DNA of 59,283 nucleotides from Octopus bimaculoides (GCF_001194135.2 NC_068983.1:167494752-167554034), one strand, 5' to 3'. Numbered from the stretch's first letter, positions 24,025-38,037 are shown. Translations and numbers: made by a program. The notes: generated by a model not told the origin, from the letters alone.

Positions 24025-24770
24025 GAACACTGAAAAAAGAGACCGAGAGCACTATACTGGCAGTGCAAGACCAAGCTTTGGCCACAAATTGGAAGGTCAA
24101 CGTGAGGAATGAGCAAAGTGGACGAAACCATTGCCCATATCATGAACGAATGCCTTAGACTTGCCCCAAACCACTACAAGTTGTGGTGACATGATAAGGT
24201 AGTGAAAGTTCTACATTGAAAACTGTGCAAAAAGTGGGGGCTAGAGAGGAGCAAGACACAGTATGAGCACAAAGTGCAGAGAGTGGTGGAGTTGGAAACT
24301 TGCAAAATCCTCTGGGATTCCCCAATCCCAAAAGATCAGGTGCTGGAGCATAACAGACTGGACCTAATGGTGGTCAACAAGATGCACCACATGTGCCACA
24401 TAGTTGATGTTGCATGCCCCTTTGACCTACAAATAGTCGAGAAGGAAGACAACAAAACAGATAAATACATCCCTCTTAAGTACAAAATAGCCTGGTTATG
24501 GAAAATGACAAAGGTAAAGATAGTGCCAATTATTGTTGGGTCCTTGGGGACAGTATCAGAAGGCATCAAGAAGAAATAAAGGCAATTGGAATAGAGTGCC
24601 AAGTTGGGCTGTTACAAAAGGATTGCCTCCTTGGCCTGGCCAGAAAAATCAGGGAAGTATTAGTTGAAAAGAACAGACAGAATGATACTGTAGACTGCAG
24701 GCAGTAAGCCTGCCATGCATGCAACACTCTAGGAGTTCCAGCAAAACCTGAGTTCAAAAAGAAATAATAA
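24025..24770 (+). mobile_element. Degenerate R4/Dong-like LINE: zinc-knuckle and RLE endonuclease region
   Basis: KKETESTILAVQDQAL, ETIAHIMNEC, KILWDSPIPKDQVLEHNRLDLMVVNK...IVDVACPFD...KY, VPIIVGSLG, KDCLLGLARKIR; preceded by (TAA)n. Confidence 0.85.
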
Positions 24771-24834
24771 AAATGATAGTAATAACAGTAAGCAAAGATA
24801 TAGACAAATGGCTGAAGGAATAGATTGGAATAGA

Positions 24835-24990
24835 ATGTAGGGCTCCTACAGAGAGTTTGTCTCTTAGGGACAGCAAGGATTATCAGGAGGGTTCTGAGCA
24901 CTTGAATGACAGCTGAAAACTTGTGGATGCTTAAGGTTACAGGCAGTAACCTGCTACCCACATAAATCTTACCAGGAACAAGACTGAACC
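24835..24990 (+). mobile_element. Additional RLE LINE 3'-end fragment
   Basis: GLLQRVCLLGTARIIRRVLST*. Confidence 0.6.
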
Positions 24991-25552
24991 TGACTCAAAC
25001 CAAAATAATAATTTAATCAGAAAAGATATTGTTGTTGGTAAAAGGCACATATACATAAGACAAGCAGACGAAATAAGCCACAACAGAACAAGACTCTACA
25101 CCGTATCACTTGCTGTGTGAGAAGTAACAATGAAATTCCTCTCAGATTATTTCAAAGAACATCTGAGTTTGATATGAACACTCTAATGAAGCCAAACTGA
25201 TAGGAGGGTTCTTGGCATTGAAGGCAAAGTGTTGTAATCTAATCTGTTGAGTGTATATGAATAATAGTAATAATAATATTAATAATAATGATAATAATAT
25301 CTTATCCAGTTACTTTTAAGACAAACTTTTAATTTTCTTATGTTTTGACAGACACTCTCTAGAACAATACTCTATGCAAAACCAAAAATATGGTACCCGA
25401 GTCATAATAGGGAGTTGAGCTTCTCACTTGACTCTTGAGGTTTTTGCGTGAAACTTGGGAGTCAACTTGTACAAATACAAAGCAAAAGCCAAACATATAA
25501 TAATGATAATAATAATAATAATGATGATGATGATGATGATGACGTTGATGAT

Positions 25553-27590
25553 GAGGCCTGAACTGAGGGATAATACCAGATTGGATGACGAGAGGGAGAA
25601 TAGTGCTCCTTATGAATGACAAAGGCAACGGTAATACAGCTAGCAATTACTTGCTTACCATTAATGTAAAAGTTGTTAAGAAGAGTGCTATCAGAAAGCA
25701 TTTACAAGCTCCTTGACTACCAGAAGAAGAGAAAGGTTGCAGGAAGAAGGCTAGAGGAACATTGAATCTATTATACATAGACAAAGCAGTTCTAAATGAA
25801 GTAAAAACTAGAAGGAAAAATCTAACAATGGCATGGATAGATTATAAGAAATCTGATGCCACGATTCCATGCTTATGGATATATGAATGTTTGAGAAAAT
25901 TTAGTATAGCAGAAGAGAATTAATTAGAAAAAATGGGAAGTAAATCTCTACTCAGGTGACATAGCCTTAGGAAAAGTTAATATCAAGAGAGGAATTTTGC
26001 AAGGGGACTTGTTATCCCCTTTAATATTTGTCTTATGTTTAATCCTCCTCAGTTTAATATTAAGGAGTACCAGTTCAGAAATAGTAAAAGAAAAATTAAC
26101 CTTTCACTCTACATGGATGATCTGAAGTTTTTTAGTAAGAATAAAAAAGGAATAAATTCTTTAATACAAACTGTAAGACTCATCAACGAAGATATAGGCA
26201 TGGAATTTGGCACAGATAAGTATGCAATATTAGTCATTTTAAAGGGACAGGTAGTCAGCACTGAAGGCATCCAATTACCAGGTGGCCAGACATTGAAATC
26301 ATTGAAAGGAGGAGAGAGTTATAAGTATCTAAGAGTATTAGAATCGAACAGAGTACTAACTATACAAATGAAAATGAAAATTGAGGAGTACATCAGAATG
26401 GTGGGGAAGCTAATGAAATCAAAGGTAAATGGTTTGAATTTAGTGAAGGCTGTAAATACTTGGATAATGTCATTATTTAGATATTCAGCAGCTTTTGTAG
26501 ACTGGACAAAATCTGAATTAACGAAGCTAGACAGAAGAACTGGAATGGAATTCAATATGAATGGAGGGCTCCACCCAAAGGCTGGAGTAGTAAGATTATA
26601 ATTACCTAAAAGGAAGGTGGTAGAGGGTTAATATCAGTGGAAGACTGCGTGGAGTTAGCTAGAATAGATGTAGCCTCCTATGTGGGTAATATTGAAGAAA
26701 GTTTATAAGGAGCTACTTCAGTCGCAGTAGGACATAGGGAAACCAAAAAGCCAAATGAAGTTAAAAAGAAGAAAGGTTATCGGACTGACAAGGGAAGGCT
26801 TTGCATGGTAGATTTCCAAAGATAATTGCAGCAAATAGTAGTAGTGAGAGTTAAGGTTGCAGAAAGGATGGTTTAAAAGGGAGAAGTTTGTTAGTAGCAG
26901 TACAAGATCAAGCATTCAGGACTAATTGGATAAAAGCCAAGGTAGACAAAAATGAGGTAGGTTATGTAAATCAAAAGAGGAAAGCATTACTCATATAGTA
27001 AGTGAATGTAACATGCTGGCACAGAAAGAGTACAAGAAAAGACATGACAATCTAGGGAGAGCTATCCACTGGGAGTTATGTAGAAAGCTAAGGTTTGACC
27101 ACACTGGTAAATGATATGAACATGAAGCTAGTAAAGTGCTAGAAATTAAGAAATAAAACATGTGGGACTTCAACATTCAGACTGACAGAGTAATAAAAGT
27201 TAGAAGGCCTGATTTAGTAGAAGCAGATAAAGAGAATCGAAAATGCCAGGTAATTGACTTTACAGCTCCAAATGATGAGAAAGTCAGTATGGGAGGTATA
27301 GAGAAAATAGCAAAGTACCAGGACCAAGCCATTGAATTACAGAGACTATGGAAAGTGTGGGTGAAATGTATCGCTGTAGTTATAGGTGCATTAGGACCCA
27401 TCCCTAAGGAATTGAACAGATGGATAGAGGAAATAGGCATAAAACCCAGTTTAATACAGTTCCAGAAAACAGTGTTATTAGGGACAGCTAGGATACTTGG
27501 GAAGGTTCTTGGTGTCTAAGTTCACTTGTTGTAGCCCAACGTTAGGAATTTTTCTTTTCCAACAGTCTAAGCTGTTGAGCGTATATATGA
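25553..27590 (+). mobile_element. Degenerate R4/Dong-like non-LTR retrotransposon (RT, zinc-knuckle and RLE)
   Basis: [36 protein letters not shown] (~26000), LYMDDLK (26110..26121), YKYL, GGLHPKA, SITHIVSEC, RHDNLG, WDFNIQTD...RRPDL...KY...VIGALG...LLGTARIL. Frameshifts and stops are present. (AAT)n/(GAT)n lies before and (AAT)n after. Confidence 0.92.
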
Positions 27591-27689
27591 AATAATAATA
27601 ATAATAATAATAATAACAATATGTCTAATCTGTTGTCTGTATATGAAAATAATAGTAACAATAATAATTATAATTATAATAATAATTGT

Positions 27690-28700
27690 CATCATTAACA
27701 TCGGCTTTTCATGCTGGAATGGGTTGGATGGTTTGACTGAAAACTGCTAAGTCAGGGAATTGCACCAGGTTCCGATCAGATTTGGTATGGTTTCTATGGC
27801 TGGATGCCCTTCCTAATACTAACCACTCCAAGAGTGTAGTGGGTGGTTTTGCATGCCACTGGCACAGGCGCCATTGACTTGACACCAGCATCAGCCATGA
27901 CTACAATCTCATTTGGCTTGACAAGTCTACACAAGCACAGTGTATCACCAAATGTCTTGGTCACCTGTCACTGCCTCCCTGAGGCCCAACCGTTGAACAG
28001 TGCTTTTTACATGCTCCCAGCGTGGGTACCAGTCAGACGGCACTAGCATCAACCATGACTATGATTTCACTTGGCTCAAACGGTCTTTACAAGCAAAGCA
28101 TAACACCCAACGATTGAAGGGTGTTTTAAACAGGCCAGTTACATAACACTGGCATTGGCCTCAACTACGATCTCACTTGGTTTGACAGGTCTTCTTCTCA
28201 AGCACAGCATATTGCCAAATGTCTCGGTTGCTTGTCATTTCCTCTGTGAGGCCTAACAGTCAAAGATCGTGCTTCACCACCTCATCTCATGTCTTCCTGG
28301 GTCAACCTCTCCCACAGGTTCCCTCCACCATTAGAGTGTAACACTTCTTCACACAGCTGTCCTAATCAATATATAACACATGACCGACCATACCAGCGCA
28401 GTCGTCTCTCTTGCACACCACATTTGATATCTCTTATGCCCAACATTTCTCTCAAGACACTTACACACTATCATGAATGCACACTGACATTACATATCCA
28501 GCAAAGCACACTAGCTTCATTTCTTACAAGCCTACACATGTTCTCAGCAGTCACAGCCCATGTTTCACTGCCGTATAGCATAGCTGTTCACACACAGTCA
28601 TCATACAATCTGCCTTTCACTCTGAGCGAGAAACTCTTTGTTACCAACAGAGGTAGGAGCTCTCTGAACTTCGCCCAGCCTATTCTTATTCTAGCAGCTT
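27690..28700 (-). mobile_element. 5'-truncated RTE-clade LINE: ORF C-terminus contiguous with family A 3' UTR and (GAT)n tail
   Basis: The minus strand reads ARIRIGWAKFRELLPLL...MLYGSETWAVT...QERRLRWYG, then tandem UTR units, the ggatgcccttcct core (reversed) and the tail. Confidence 0.9.
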
Positions 28701-28715
28701 ATTCTCATTCTAGCG

Positions 28716-28892
28716 TCTCAACACATGGCTATGATGCTCCCCCAATACTTCTGCTCATGATCAGAGATGCATATATTGCCAGCCACTAAGGGACATGCTC
28801 AACTGGTTAAGGTCAAACAACTGACAAGCAAATCTGTGGTATAGAGCAGAATATTTGTTGTAGCCCATCTTTTATACCAAGACAAAACAATG
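28716..28892. repeat. Interspersed repeat family E, copy 1 (inverted relative to 29655..29830)
   Basis: The reverse complement aligns by eye with 29655..29830 over ~175 bp. Confidence 0.85.
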
Positions 28893-29149
28893 TACATAAC
28901 ACTTCCAATCAATTAAGATCAAATTATTATTATCATTATTATTTATTTTTTTCCCTTTGATATTGCTTCATTTAACACCTGCCAGGTGTTGACCAGATAC
29001 CTGGAACAAGGTACTACAATATAATGTAGCAATAGAAAGGCATGAAATTTATTTAGATACAATATATAGAAGCAAATTTAAATAACACAATATAAAAATG
29101 GACGCATAAATGAAGGGAATCATTCTGTATAACAACGATAAAAATTTAT

Positions 29150-29495
29150 GCAAATGTGAACCATGCTGTTATAGAAAATCTTTTGAATTTATAAATGTTG
29201 AGGTTACCAAGAATGTTTTCCAGGAACTCATTTATGCCTTTCTCTATCACTCCAAAGTACCTTATTACAACAGGGGTTTTCTGACTTCAGTTGTCACATT
29301 CTGCTAATCTCAATATCCAGGACTTTGTATTTCATAAATTTGTCATACTCTTTAGCAGATACAATTTTGTCAGGTGTATAGTTATATACAACAGAGCAGG
29401 CCTGTTCTGTTCTTCGATATCTTTCACAATAATATCAGACCAATCAGTGTTTATGGTGTGGTCTGTATAGACTGTAGAATCCCGTAACCTTGTTA
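29150..29495 (-). mobile_element. Highly degenerate RLE LINE fragment
   Basis: The minus strand gives WDSTVYTDHTINTDWSDIIVKD and KEYDKFMKYKVLDIEISRM, like 36745..37215. Confidence 0.55.
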
Positions 29496-29654
29496 CTTTT
29501 GCATCAATAACTATAAAGGGATGGTGTTCATATCAGTTTCTAGCATGTTCTGCATCGTAATGTTTGTATAGAATCCAGTGAATATATAGGCCAACCTGAT
29601 CATGCCTAGTTTTATATTCTGTTGGACCCAAGGTGGAGCATCCTGAAACTTTAT

Positions 29655-29925
29655 CATTTGTTGTCTTGATATAAAAGATGGGCTACAGCAAATAATCTGC
29701 TTAATACCACAGATTTGCTTGTCAGTTGTTTGACCGTAACCCGTTGAGCATGTCCCTTGGTGGCTGACGATATGTGCATCTCTGATCATGAGCAGAAGTA
29801 GTGGGAGAGCATCATAGACATGTGTTGAAAGGAATTCTTTGGGGTTTGAATAATTGACCTCTGGAAACATAGGTGTTTCATTCAACATCCTTAAATAACC
29901 CTTATTCAGGGACCTTTTGAGCAGG
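29655..29925. repeat. Interspersed repeat family E, copy 2
   Basis: See copy 1; extends further on one side. Confidence 0.85.
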
Positions 29926-32055
29926 ATGAACAGCAATAGAATTTGTAATGATAATAACAATCAGCCTTTCATCTTATATAAATATACTGAGAAAAAGATA
30001 ATTTCCTTGTAAGATTAATTAGTAACTTAAATTGAGTCTGTATTGGACTCATTACTCATCTGTTATGACTCATACCTGTAAGTTAATTTATAATCAAAGG
30101 AATACAACACATATATATATACAATAAACATATAAAACAAAACCACATTGAAAATAGAAATCTAAAGTGAAAGAAAATGCAAACATAATTGAAGAAATAA
30201 AGAAGAATGAAAAATCTTCAATTCAACATGAAGTAGTGTCTGGTTGCACAGCACAAGGACCTCTTTCTAGGATATTGGATGTCCACCTAGTGGTCATCCC
30301 TTATACACGTGTATATATATATATAAAGAGAGAGAGAGAGAAAGAAAAAGATAGATATACTGCTCTATAACTTAGAGTGTGCTCTTTGTTAGATTTATGA
30401 TTTACTGATCACACACACACACACACACACACATATCCAAAAGGCCAAGACAGACATACACATAAGCACACACTTATTTCTTTCTGTATAAACTGATACA
30501 CAACTATGTTACAGCTCTGGACATGTATTTACTTTTCCATGTTTGAATATTTGCATGATATTTCTGCATTTAAAATGAAATGTTTTTATGTCATGCAATG
30601 AAGTGATACATTATTGTGTGGATGGGGAAATTTGTTTCTTGAGCTTATAAAGTGTGTGCGTGTGTGTGTGTGTGTTTGAGTGTGTATGCGTGTGTAATTT
30701 GCTTTTTAGCACACGACATGTATGTGTGTCTATGTATATGTATGTATTTTTATGTACATACATGTACATACATGTACATACATGCAAACATACATGTATA
30801 CATACATACATGCATACATACATACATATATATATGTACATTTGTATGAATGTATATATGTATGTGTGTATGTACATATGTATGTATGTGTATATATGTA
30901 TATATATATCTTTCTCTCTCTCTCTCTCCATATACATATACATACATACATATATATATACATATATATATATATANNNNNNNNNNNNNNNNNNNNNNNN
31001 NNNNNNNNNNNNNNNNNNNNNNNNNNNNNNNNNNNNNNNNNNNNNNNNNNNNNNNNNNNNNNNNNNNNNNNNNNNNNNNNNNNNNNNNNNNNNNNNNNNN
31101 NNNNNNNNNNNNNNNNNNNNNNNNNNATATATATATATATATAAAACATATATATGTATGTAATTAATGGCTTCAGTAAGAAAGTTTTTAAGTTATTGAT
31201 ATTAACAAATAAAAAGAAAGAATCACAGATTGTTTTTTCTTGATTTGCTTCTGGAGAAACAAATAATAAATATTGTAAATAATGTTACAACTTGATTTAT
31301 GAAAGAAGTCAGTGTTGCATAGCAGTAGCTCAGCTCTGATCCAGCAGACCTATACAAAATTATATGTCTATCAACGACATTTCATGCTACACACACACAC
31401 GCACGCACATACACACACACATGTTTGAATGAATATCCATGATTTTTAAGCAATGCTTAAGCTTACTTCAAACAATTTAGAGTAAAAATTTTATCTTTCT
31501 ATTTTTATTTTTCCCTAAATTCTAGATACATAGAAATGGTGCTTTGTGCTATAGTGTTCAGAATAGAGAACTTTCTGTTGAATTGCTTGTCTTAAGCCAT
31601 TCAACCACATAATTCAAAGTAGGATGTACAGAACCAGATGGCTACACCAGGCTCGTCTTAAAAATTTATTATGATTACTACTGTTGTTGCTATTATTTAT
31701 TGTTCCTCAGCAGTTATCATCTCCAAAAATGTATTCTTCACTGGTTTTAAATGAAATTGAAGTCAGGCTTGATGGAAGCATAAAACATGCATCTAATTTA
31801 GTTTATGATTTGAAATTTCTGATTTGTTATTTATTCTAAACACATCCTGTCCGACCATAGCCACATCAATCCATCCTTGAATATTTATTTGAGTTTTTTT
31901 CTTTCTTCCTTTTCTTTTTCTAGAGAAAAAAACGAAAAGTCCATTTTCTTCTTCTACCAGAGTGATGTATGTACTCAAGTCGATCTAATCAGTGATAACC
32001 TTCAACTCCACAACCCACCAAACAACTTTGTGGCCTTGTTCCTTTCTTAGAAAAC

Positions 32056-32108
32056 CATTATTATCATTATTGTTATTATCATTATTATCATTATTATTAT
32101 TATTATTA

Positions 32109-32148
<40 letters not shown>

Positions 32149-32195
32149 CATTATTATTATTAGTATTATTGTTATTATTATTATTATTATTATTA

Positions 32196-32230
<35 letters not shown>

Positions 32231-32255
32231 ATTATTATTATTATTATTATTTCTG
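32056..32255. repeat. Long (TTA)n microsatellite
   Basis: Directly visible. Confidence 0.95.
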
Positions 32256-33474
32256 TTATTCTAAAGTGCTATGAAATGTGGAGAAGTTATGACTTTTCAC
32301 TCTTCTTGAGTGATCAGTTTCTTCTCCAAACTCATGGCACTTCATGGATTCTTTGATCTGTTTGTCATTGTAGCTAGTTGATAATCTATTTTACAATTAA
32401 ATAATACTTTGAAATCCTTTTTATAGAAACACTTTTAATCCCCACTTCCATTTCAAGGGGTTATTATTTTGTGAACATTACACTACTTGTTATCACCTTT
32501 TTCGAGGTGAATTTCATCAAAATTACAAATTTCTTTCATTGAAATTTTCTTCCTTCTTGCATTAGCCCCATCTAATTTCTTCATCCAACACAAATACACA
32601 CACACACAGATGCACGCACGCACACACACACACACACGCACGCACATACATGCTTATGCATATGCATAAAGGTTTATATATATGTATATGTGAGTATGTC
32701 TCAAAATCTATAGCTGTGTATATTAACATACAAACATACATACATACATACATACATACATGCATGCATGCATGCATGCATAAGATGTTGCCCCCATTTT
32801 CTCTGCAAACCCTTCAAGTTCGATGAAATTTATCTGCTACATGTTCAGTTTGAACTTGTGCCTTAAGAGGACACATGAACATGGAGGAAGGAAATACTTC
32901 TGTTTACCCATCTTTTTGGAGAAGAAAAAATTGAAAAAACTTGTTTGGCTTGGATTGCTTGCATAATGAGACAAAATAAGGATAAGGAAAGGAATAGAAT
33001 AAGAGACATATCGGGTGGGGTGGGGTGACAGTGCAGATGGACCCAGAAATACAAAAGCCATGATAAAAGCAGAAGAAGGGAGTGAAAGAAGCAAGAAGGC
33101 AAGTGTGGGTCAGTGGTTATTGTGGACAATTTCGGTACAGAGACTAGATTGCACATGTTTGTGTGTGTGTGTGTCTTTAAACAGTTGTGCCGTCTGAATT
33201 TGTAACTAAAAAGGACTTGTTTGAATGAGAACCAAAACTGGACTGGAGACCAGACTCTCGTTTTGTTCTCTTTCATATGAACCATTTGTGTTTGCATCTG
33301 CAAAAAGATGAATGCAGGTGTGTATTCTTGATTTGATCCTAGATGAGCCCTACAAAATATGTGTGTGCGTGTGTGTGTGTGTGTGTGTATGTTTATGTAT
33401 ATATATGTATGTTTATATAATATACATATATATATACATATAATTGAAATCGAAATCATAATTGAACCATATTC

Positions 33475-33941
33475 GATGACTGGCACCTGTGCCAGTAGAG
33501 CACTAACAAGTACCATCCGAGCATGATCATTGCCAGAGCAGCTGTCTGGCTTCTGTGCCGGTGGCATGTAAATAGCACCATTTGAGCATGATCGCTACCA
33601 GCGTCATCTTACTGGCACTTGTGCTGGTGGCATGTTAGAAAACATTCGAGCGAGGTCATTGCCAGTGCCGCTGGACTGGCACCTATGCAGGTGGCACGTA
33701 AAAAACACCATTTTGAGCATGGCCATTGCCAGTATCGCCTGACTGGCCCTCGTGCCAGTGGCATGTAAAAGCACCCACTACACTCTCGAAGCGGTTGGTT
33801 TTTAGGAAGGGCATCCAGTTGTAGAAACTCTGCCAGATCAGACTGGAGTCTGGTGGAGCCATCCGGTTCACCAGTCCTCAGTCAAATCGTCCAACCCATG
33901 CTAGCATGGAAAGCGGACGTTAAACGATGATGATGATGATG
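33475..33941 (+). repeat. Family A repeat (RTE 3' UTR) with internal tandem units and (GAT)n tail
   Basis: Repeated tgccagtggcacgtaaaa-type units, aggaagggcatccag, ends ggacgttaaacgatgatgatg. Confidence 0.9.
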
Positions 33942-35455
33942 NNNNNNNNNNNNNNNNNNNNNNNNNNNNNNNNNNNNNNNNNNNNNNNNNNNNNNNNNNN
34001 NNNNNNNNNNNNNNNNNNNNNNNNNNNNNNNNNNNNNNNNNNNNNNNNNNNNNNNNNNNNNNNNNNNNNNNNNNNNNNNNNNNNNNNNNNNNNNNNNNNN
34101 NNNNNNNNNNNNNNNNNNNNNNNNNNNNNNNNNNNNNNNNNNNNNNNNNNNNNNNNNNNNNNNNNNNNNNNNNNNNNNNNNNNNNNNNNNNNNNNNNNNN
34201 NNNNNNNNNNNNNNNNNNNNNNNNNNNNNNNNNNNNNNNNNNNNNNNNNNNNNNNNNNNNNNNNNNNNNNNNNNNNNNNNNNNNNNNNNNNNNNNNNNNN
34301 NNNNNNNNNNNNNNNNNNNNNNNNNNNNNNNNNNNNNNNNNNNNNNNNNNNNNNNNNNNNNNNNNNNNNNNNNNNNNNNNNNNNNNNNNNNNNNNNNNNN
34401 NNNNNNNNNNNNNNNNNNNNNNNNNNNNNNNNNNNNNNNNNNNNNNNNNNNNNNNNNNNNNNNNNNNNNNNNNNNNNNNNNNNNNNNNNNNNNNNNNNNN
34501 NNNNNNNNNNNNNNNNNNNNNNNNNNNNNNNNNNNNNNNNNNNNNNNNNNNNNNNNNNNNNNNNNNNNNNNNNNNNNNNNNNNNNNNNNNNNNNNNNNNN
34601 NNNNNNNNNNNNNNNNNNNNNNNNNNNNNNNNNNNNNNNNNNNNNNNNNNNNNNNNNNNGAGATGAATGAATAATAATAGATGAGTGTACAGATGCAAAT
34701 CACTTACGGCCGTTTCTACCATGAGGCCTCAGAATCTTCCAAGTCATCCTCATCACATCATTGATATACAGGGATGAACAAACATTGGACAGAGATTGGA
34801 TAATGGTTGAGCCTCGAGGCTTCTTCAGAGAGTACAAATGTTAGGAAACTAACATGTGGGAAAATCAGTTAGAATAATAGAGAAGGGTAATTAGGATAAG
34901 ATAGAGTAAAATAGCTCAACATAAAAAAATTATGTTATGTAATAGACATGGTAAGGAAAAGTAAGAACTTCATTTTAAGGTGTTATTATAATCCATGTTA
35001 TTCCGTCCTGTGGTAAGTAAATAAAGTCATTCTCAGGAGATATATCCATAGACTGTGGTTTACATCGTGTTTCCATTATACTGAGGGGAATAGTGAAGGT
35101 AGTATGCTATGTGGTGTGTTTAATGGTATGGTCCATGCTACAGGGGTCAGAGGTTAGAGGCTTTATAGCAATATTAAAGGAGTTGGCGAAAATAACTTAA
35201 AAAGAGCCTGTTAGGGGAAAATTAATACATAAGTACATTAATGGAAAAACACTGGGTAAAACCTTAGTGTGATGTTAATATTTGTTACTTATTGGCTGAA
35301 AACTAATCCCCAAACCCCTCTGCGTAGTGGGGTGAGGTCAAAGTCAATCCTACAACCTAATTGGTCAGCTAACATTTAAAAACAATGGTACACATCCAGT
35401 AGTACAATGGATATTTAATATCCCTTAGATGGTTTGTTAACCTCTAACTTATATA

Positions 35456-35512
<57 letters not shown>

Positions 35513-36417
35513 GTATGTAAGTATATATACATGTAAACTTACATGGTGTGTGTGTGAAAGAGAGTAACCAAAGCTAATACCAGATTTATTTTTGCAAAGC
35601 CAAGAAGGAAGTTCTGGTGTTGCCTGGACAACACAGAATTTCTGTAATAACCTCTTCAAACTATTAGTAATATAGTGGAAGCATGTTACATTTATGTAAG
35701 CAAGCAAATATGCAAGTACATGCACACACACACAAACAAGCACAATGAAAAACATATTCACAAACTCTAAACACACGAACTCAAGAGAGTTATTATATAC
35801 ACTGACTCCAGTGACAAATATTTAGGTGTTTTTTAATATTTAATAATTTCATAAATTTTGAATTTCTAATAAAAATTGTCTCCACTTTACAGATAATTGA
35901 AATGAATAGATGATGTATATACATACGGATATATATTTATATGTATGTCCATACATATGTACATGTATATCTACACACACACACACGCTTATATATATAT
36001 ATATATAGATATATATATATGCACATATATGTAGATATATATATATGTACATATATGAACATGTGTATAATTGTGCATGTATATATGTTTATATATAAGT
36101 GTGTGTATATGTATATATATATATACATACATACATACATACATGCAAGCATGCACGCACACACACACACACACACACACATGTATATGATTTGTTTTTG
36201 TTAAATATTTTTGTCCACGGTATTCTTGATTGTAACTAAATTCAAGAGTAAAAGAAGCGGATCTTTTGAAATGTGAAGTGGAAGAAAACTTTTATCATTT
36301 TACCTTTATTTCACTAATTTCTCTCTAAACAATAAACTCTGTTTTTACTTGAAAATAAAATAAAAACCAATTGCACTTATTGTCTTAGTTATTATTATTA
36401 TTATTATTATTATTATT

Positions 36418-36720
36418 GCTTTTGCACAGCTTCTAACACTGGAGATGTACTACGGTGTCAGCTGTTCACTACCAGTGAACTAAGGTAACACTGCTTATTT
36501 TTCGAGCACCNNNNNNNNNNTCACTACCAGTGAACTAAGGTAACACTGCTTATTTTTCGAGCACCTTCTGGAGTATTCGAGCGGTTCCAAGCAGTGCTGT
36601 TTTCTGCAAGTGCTCCACCCTTATTACAGCCCCTATTTGTTTCACGTACCTCTCAGGGCTCCGACAATTATTGGTACTACTGCTACCTTTTTCATTGACC
36701 ACAACTGCTTAACTTCCCAA
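36418..36720 (-). mobile_element. RLE LINE 3' end, same subfamily as 22825..23085
   Basis: Reverse complement match; (TTA)n at 36389..36417; a 45-bp duplication around the 10-N gap is probably an assembly artefact. Confidence 0.75.
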
Positions 36721-36744
36721 GCTAACCTGTCTATTATTATTATT

Positions 36745-37215
36745 GTTCAGTAGTTTTATTTTTATAATGTGCTTTTATTTCACTACCGAGCGCAGCTCTG
36801 TGCACCTTGGGTATGTGCTGTGGTTTGCTGTGATGCTCTTATGGTTACTGTATTGAAAATGTTTTGCGTAGGATGTGTGCAGTGCCCAGTAGTGCAATTT
36901 TCTGCATGTTATATATATTTGTAAGTCCTGGTGTTTTTGTTATGTATTTGTCTGAATATTTTTTTATTATACCTAAGGCACCTACTATGATAGGAATTGT
37001 TTCTGTTTTTAGATTCCACATTCAAGTTACCTCTATTTCCAGGTCTTTGTATTTTGAAAGTTTTTGCATTTCTTTTAGGGAAACGTTGTCATCTGCTGGT
37101 ATTGATACATCAATTAGAAAGCATTTTTCTTCATGATCTTTGACAACTATATCTGGTCTATTTGCCTTAATTTCTCTATCTGTGTGTATTGGCATATCCC
37201 AGAGTATTGGAACTG
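36745..37215 (-). mobile_element. RLE LINE endonuclease and 3' end (second subfamily)
   Basis: ILWDMPIHTDREIKANRPDIVVKD...LIDVSIPAD...KLSKYKDLEIEV*MWNLKTETIPIIVGALG...IALLGTAHILR; short (TTA)n tail. Confidence 0.88.
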
Positions 37216-38037
37216 ATTGGTGATGCGCAGACATGCACAATCCTGGGCAGATACATCTGTGTCAACCTCCATCTCATTCAATACATCATAGACAGGGTGG
37301 GGGTAAAGATGCTCACATGGGTGGGAGCCTTATATACACAGCATCCCCTTTATACCCAGCTTGTCATGTACCCCCTTACGTACACGGCATGTCATGTACC
37401 TGTCATATACCCTGCATGTCANNNNNNNNNNCATGTCATGTACCTGTCATATACCCTGCATGTCATATACAGTAAGTGATTTATACTTGGGTACACAAAG
37501 AGGTAGACATGATTTCCCCCTTTCACACTAAATAGGTCCAGTTGTTTATGATTCTTCTTTTATCAAAACTTTAATCCTCAATTCTAACTTTTAGGAACTT
37601 CCTAATTTCTGATAATACAGAAAATCTTGTAGAAGTGGTTTTTGGGTTCAAACTATTCCTGGTTAGATTTTAAATTTGATAAAGAATCTGTAAAATGTGG
37701 TGTTACAGAAAAGTGTTACAGGTGAACACAGTTCTGGTGTTGCTGTGGTGCAGATTTTCTAAAATTTCTCAAACAATCTTTTGTAGTATCACAGACACAG
37801 TAAGTGAACGTGTAAATTTTTGAACAATTATTTACTCTTACCACATGGATAAGCCATTTCAGTCATCTAAAAACCTGTTCAGTTCACTTCTCACTTTTTT
37901 CCATTGCACAACTGTGACCTGATCACTTAAACTTTGGCAGTTTTCGTGTTTTTTACCTGGCTAAAATAGCTCTTATCTGATGCAATATTTAAACACAATT
38001 AAGGGAAAAATTATTAACAGAGCAAAATCTTTGATAG

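Noticed and set aside
26035-27519. 188-aa and 119-aa ORFs as cellular genes
   Set aside because: They are pieces of one frameshifted R4/Dong-like retrotransposon.
33475-33790. Regularly spaced tgccagtggcacgtaaaa units resembling a CRISPR array
   Set aside because: Eukaryotic context, degenerate units, related spacers, no cas genes; they are RTE 3' UTR tandem units.
36466-36565. 45-bp perfect direct repeat
   Set aside because: It flanks a 10-N gap, typical of unmerged contig overlap.
37387-37466. Direct repeat catgtcatgtacctgtcatataccctgcatgtca
   Set aside because: It flanks a 10-N gap; probably an assembly artefact.
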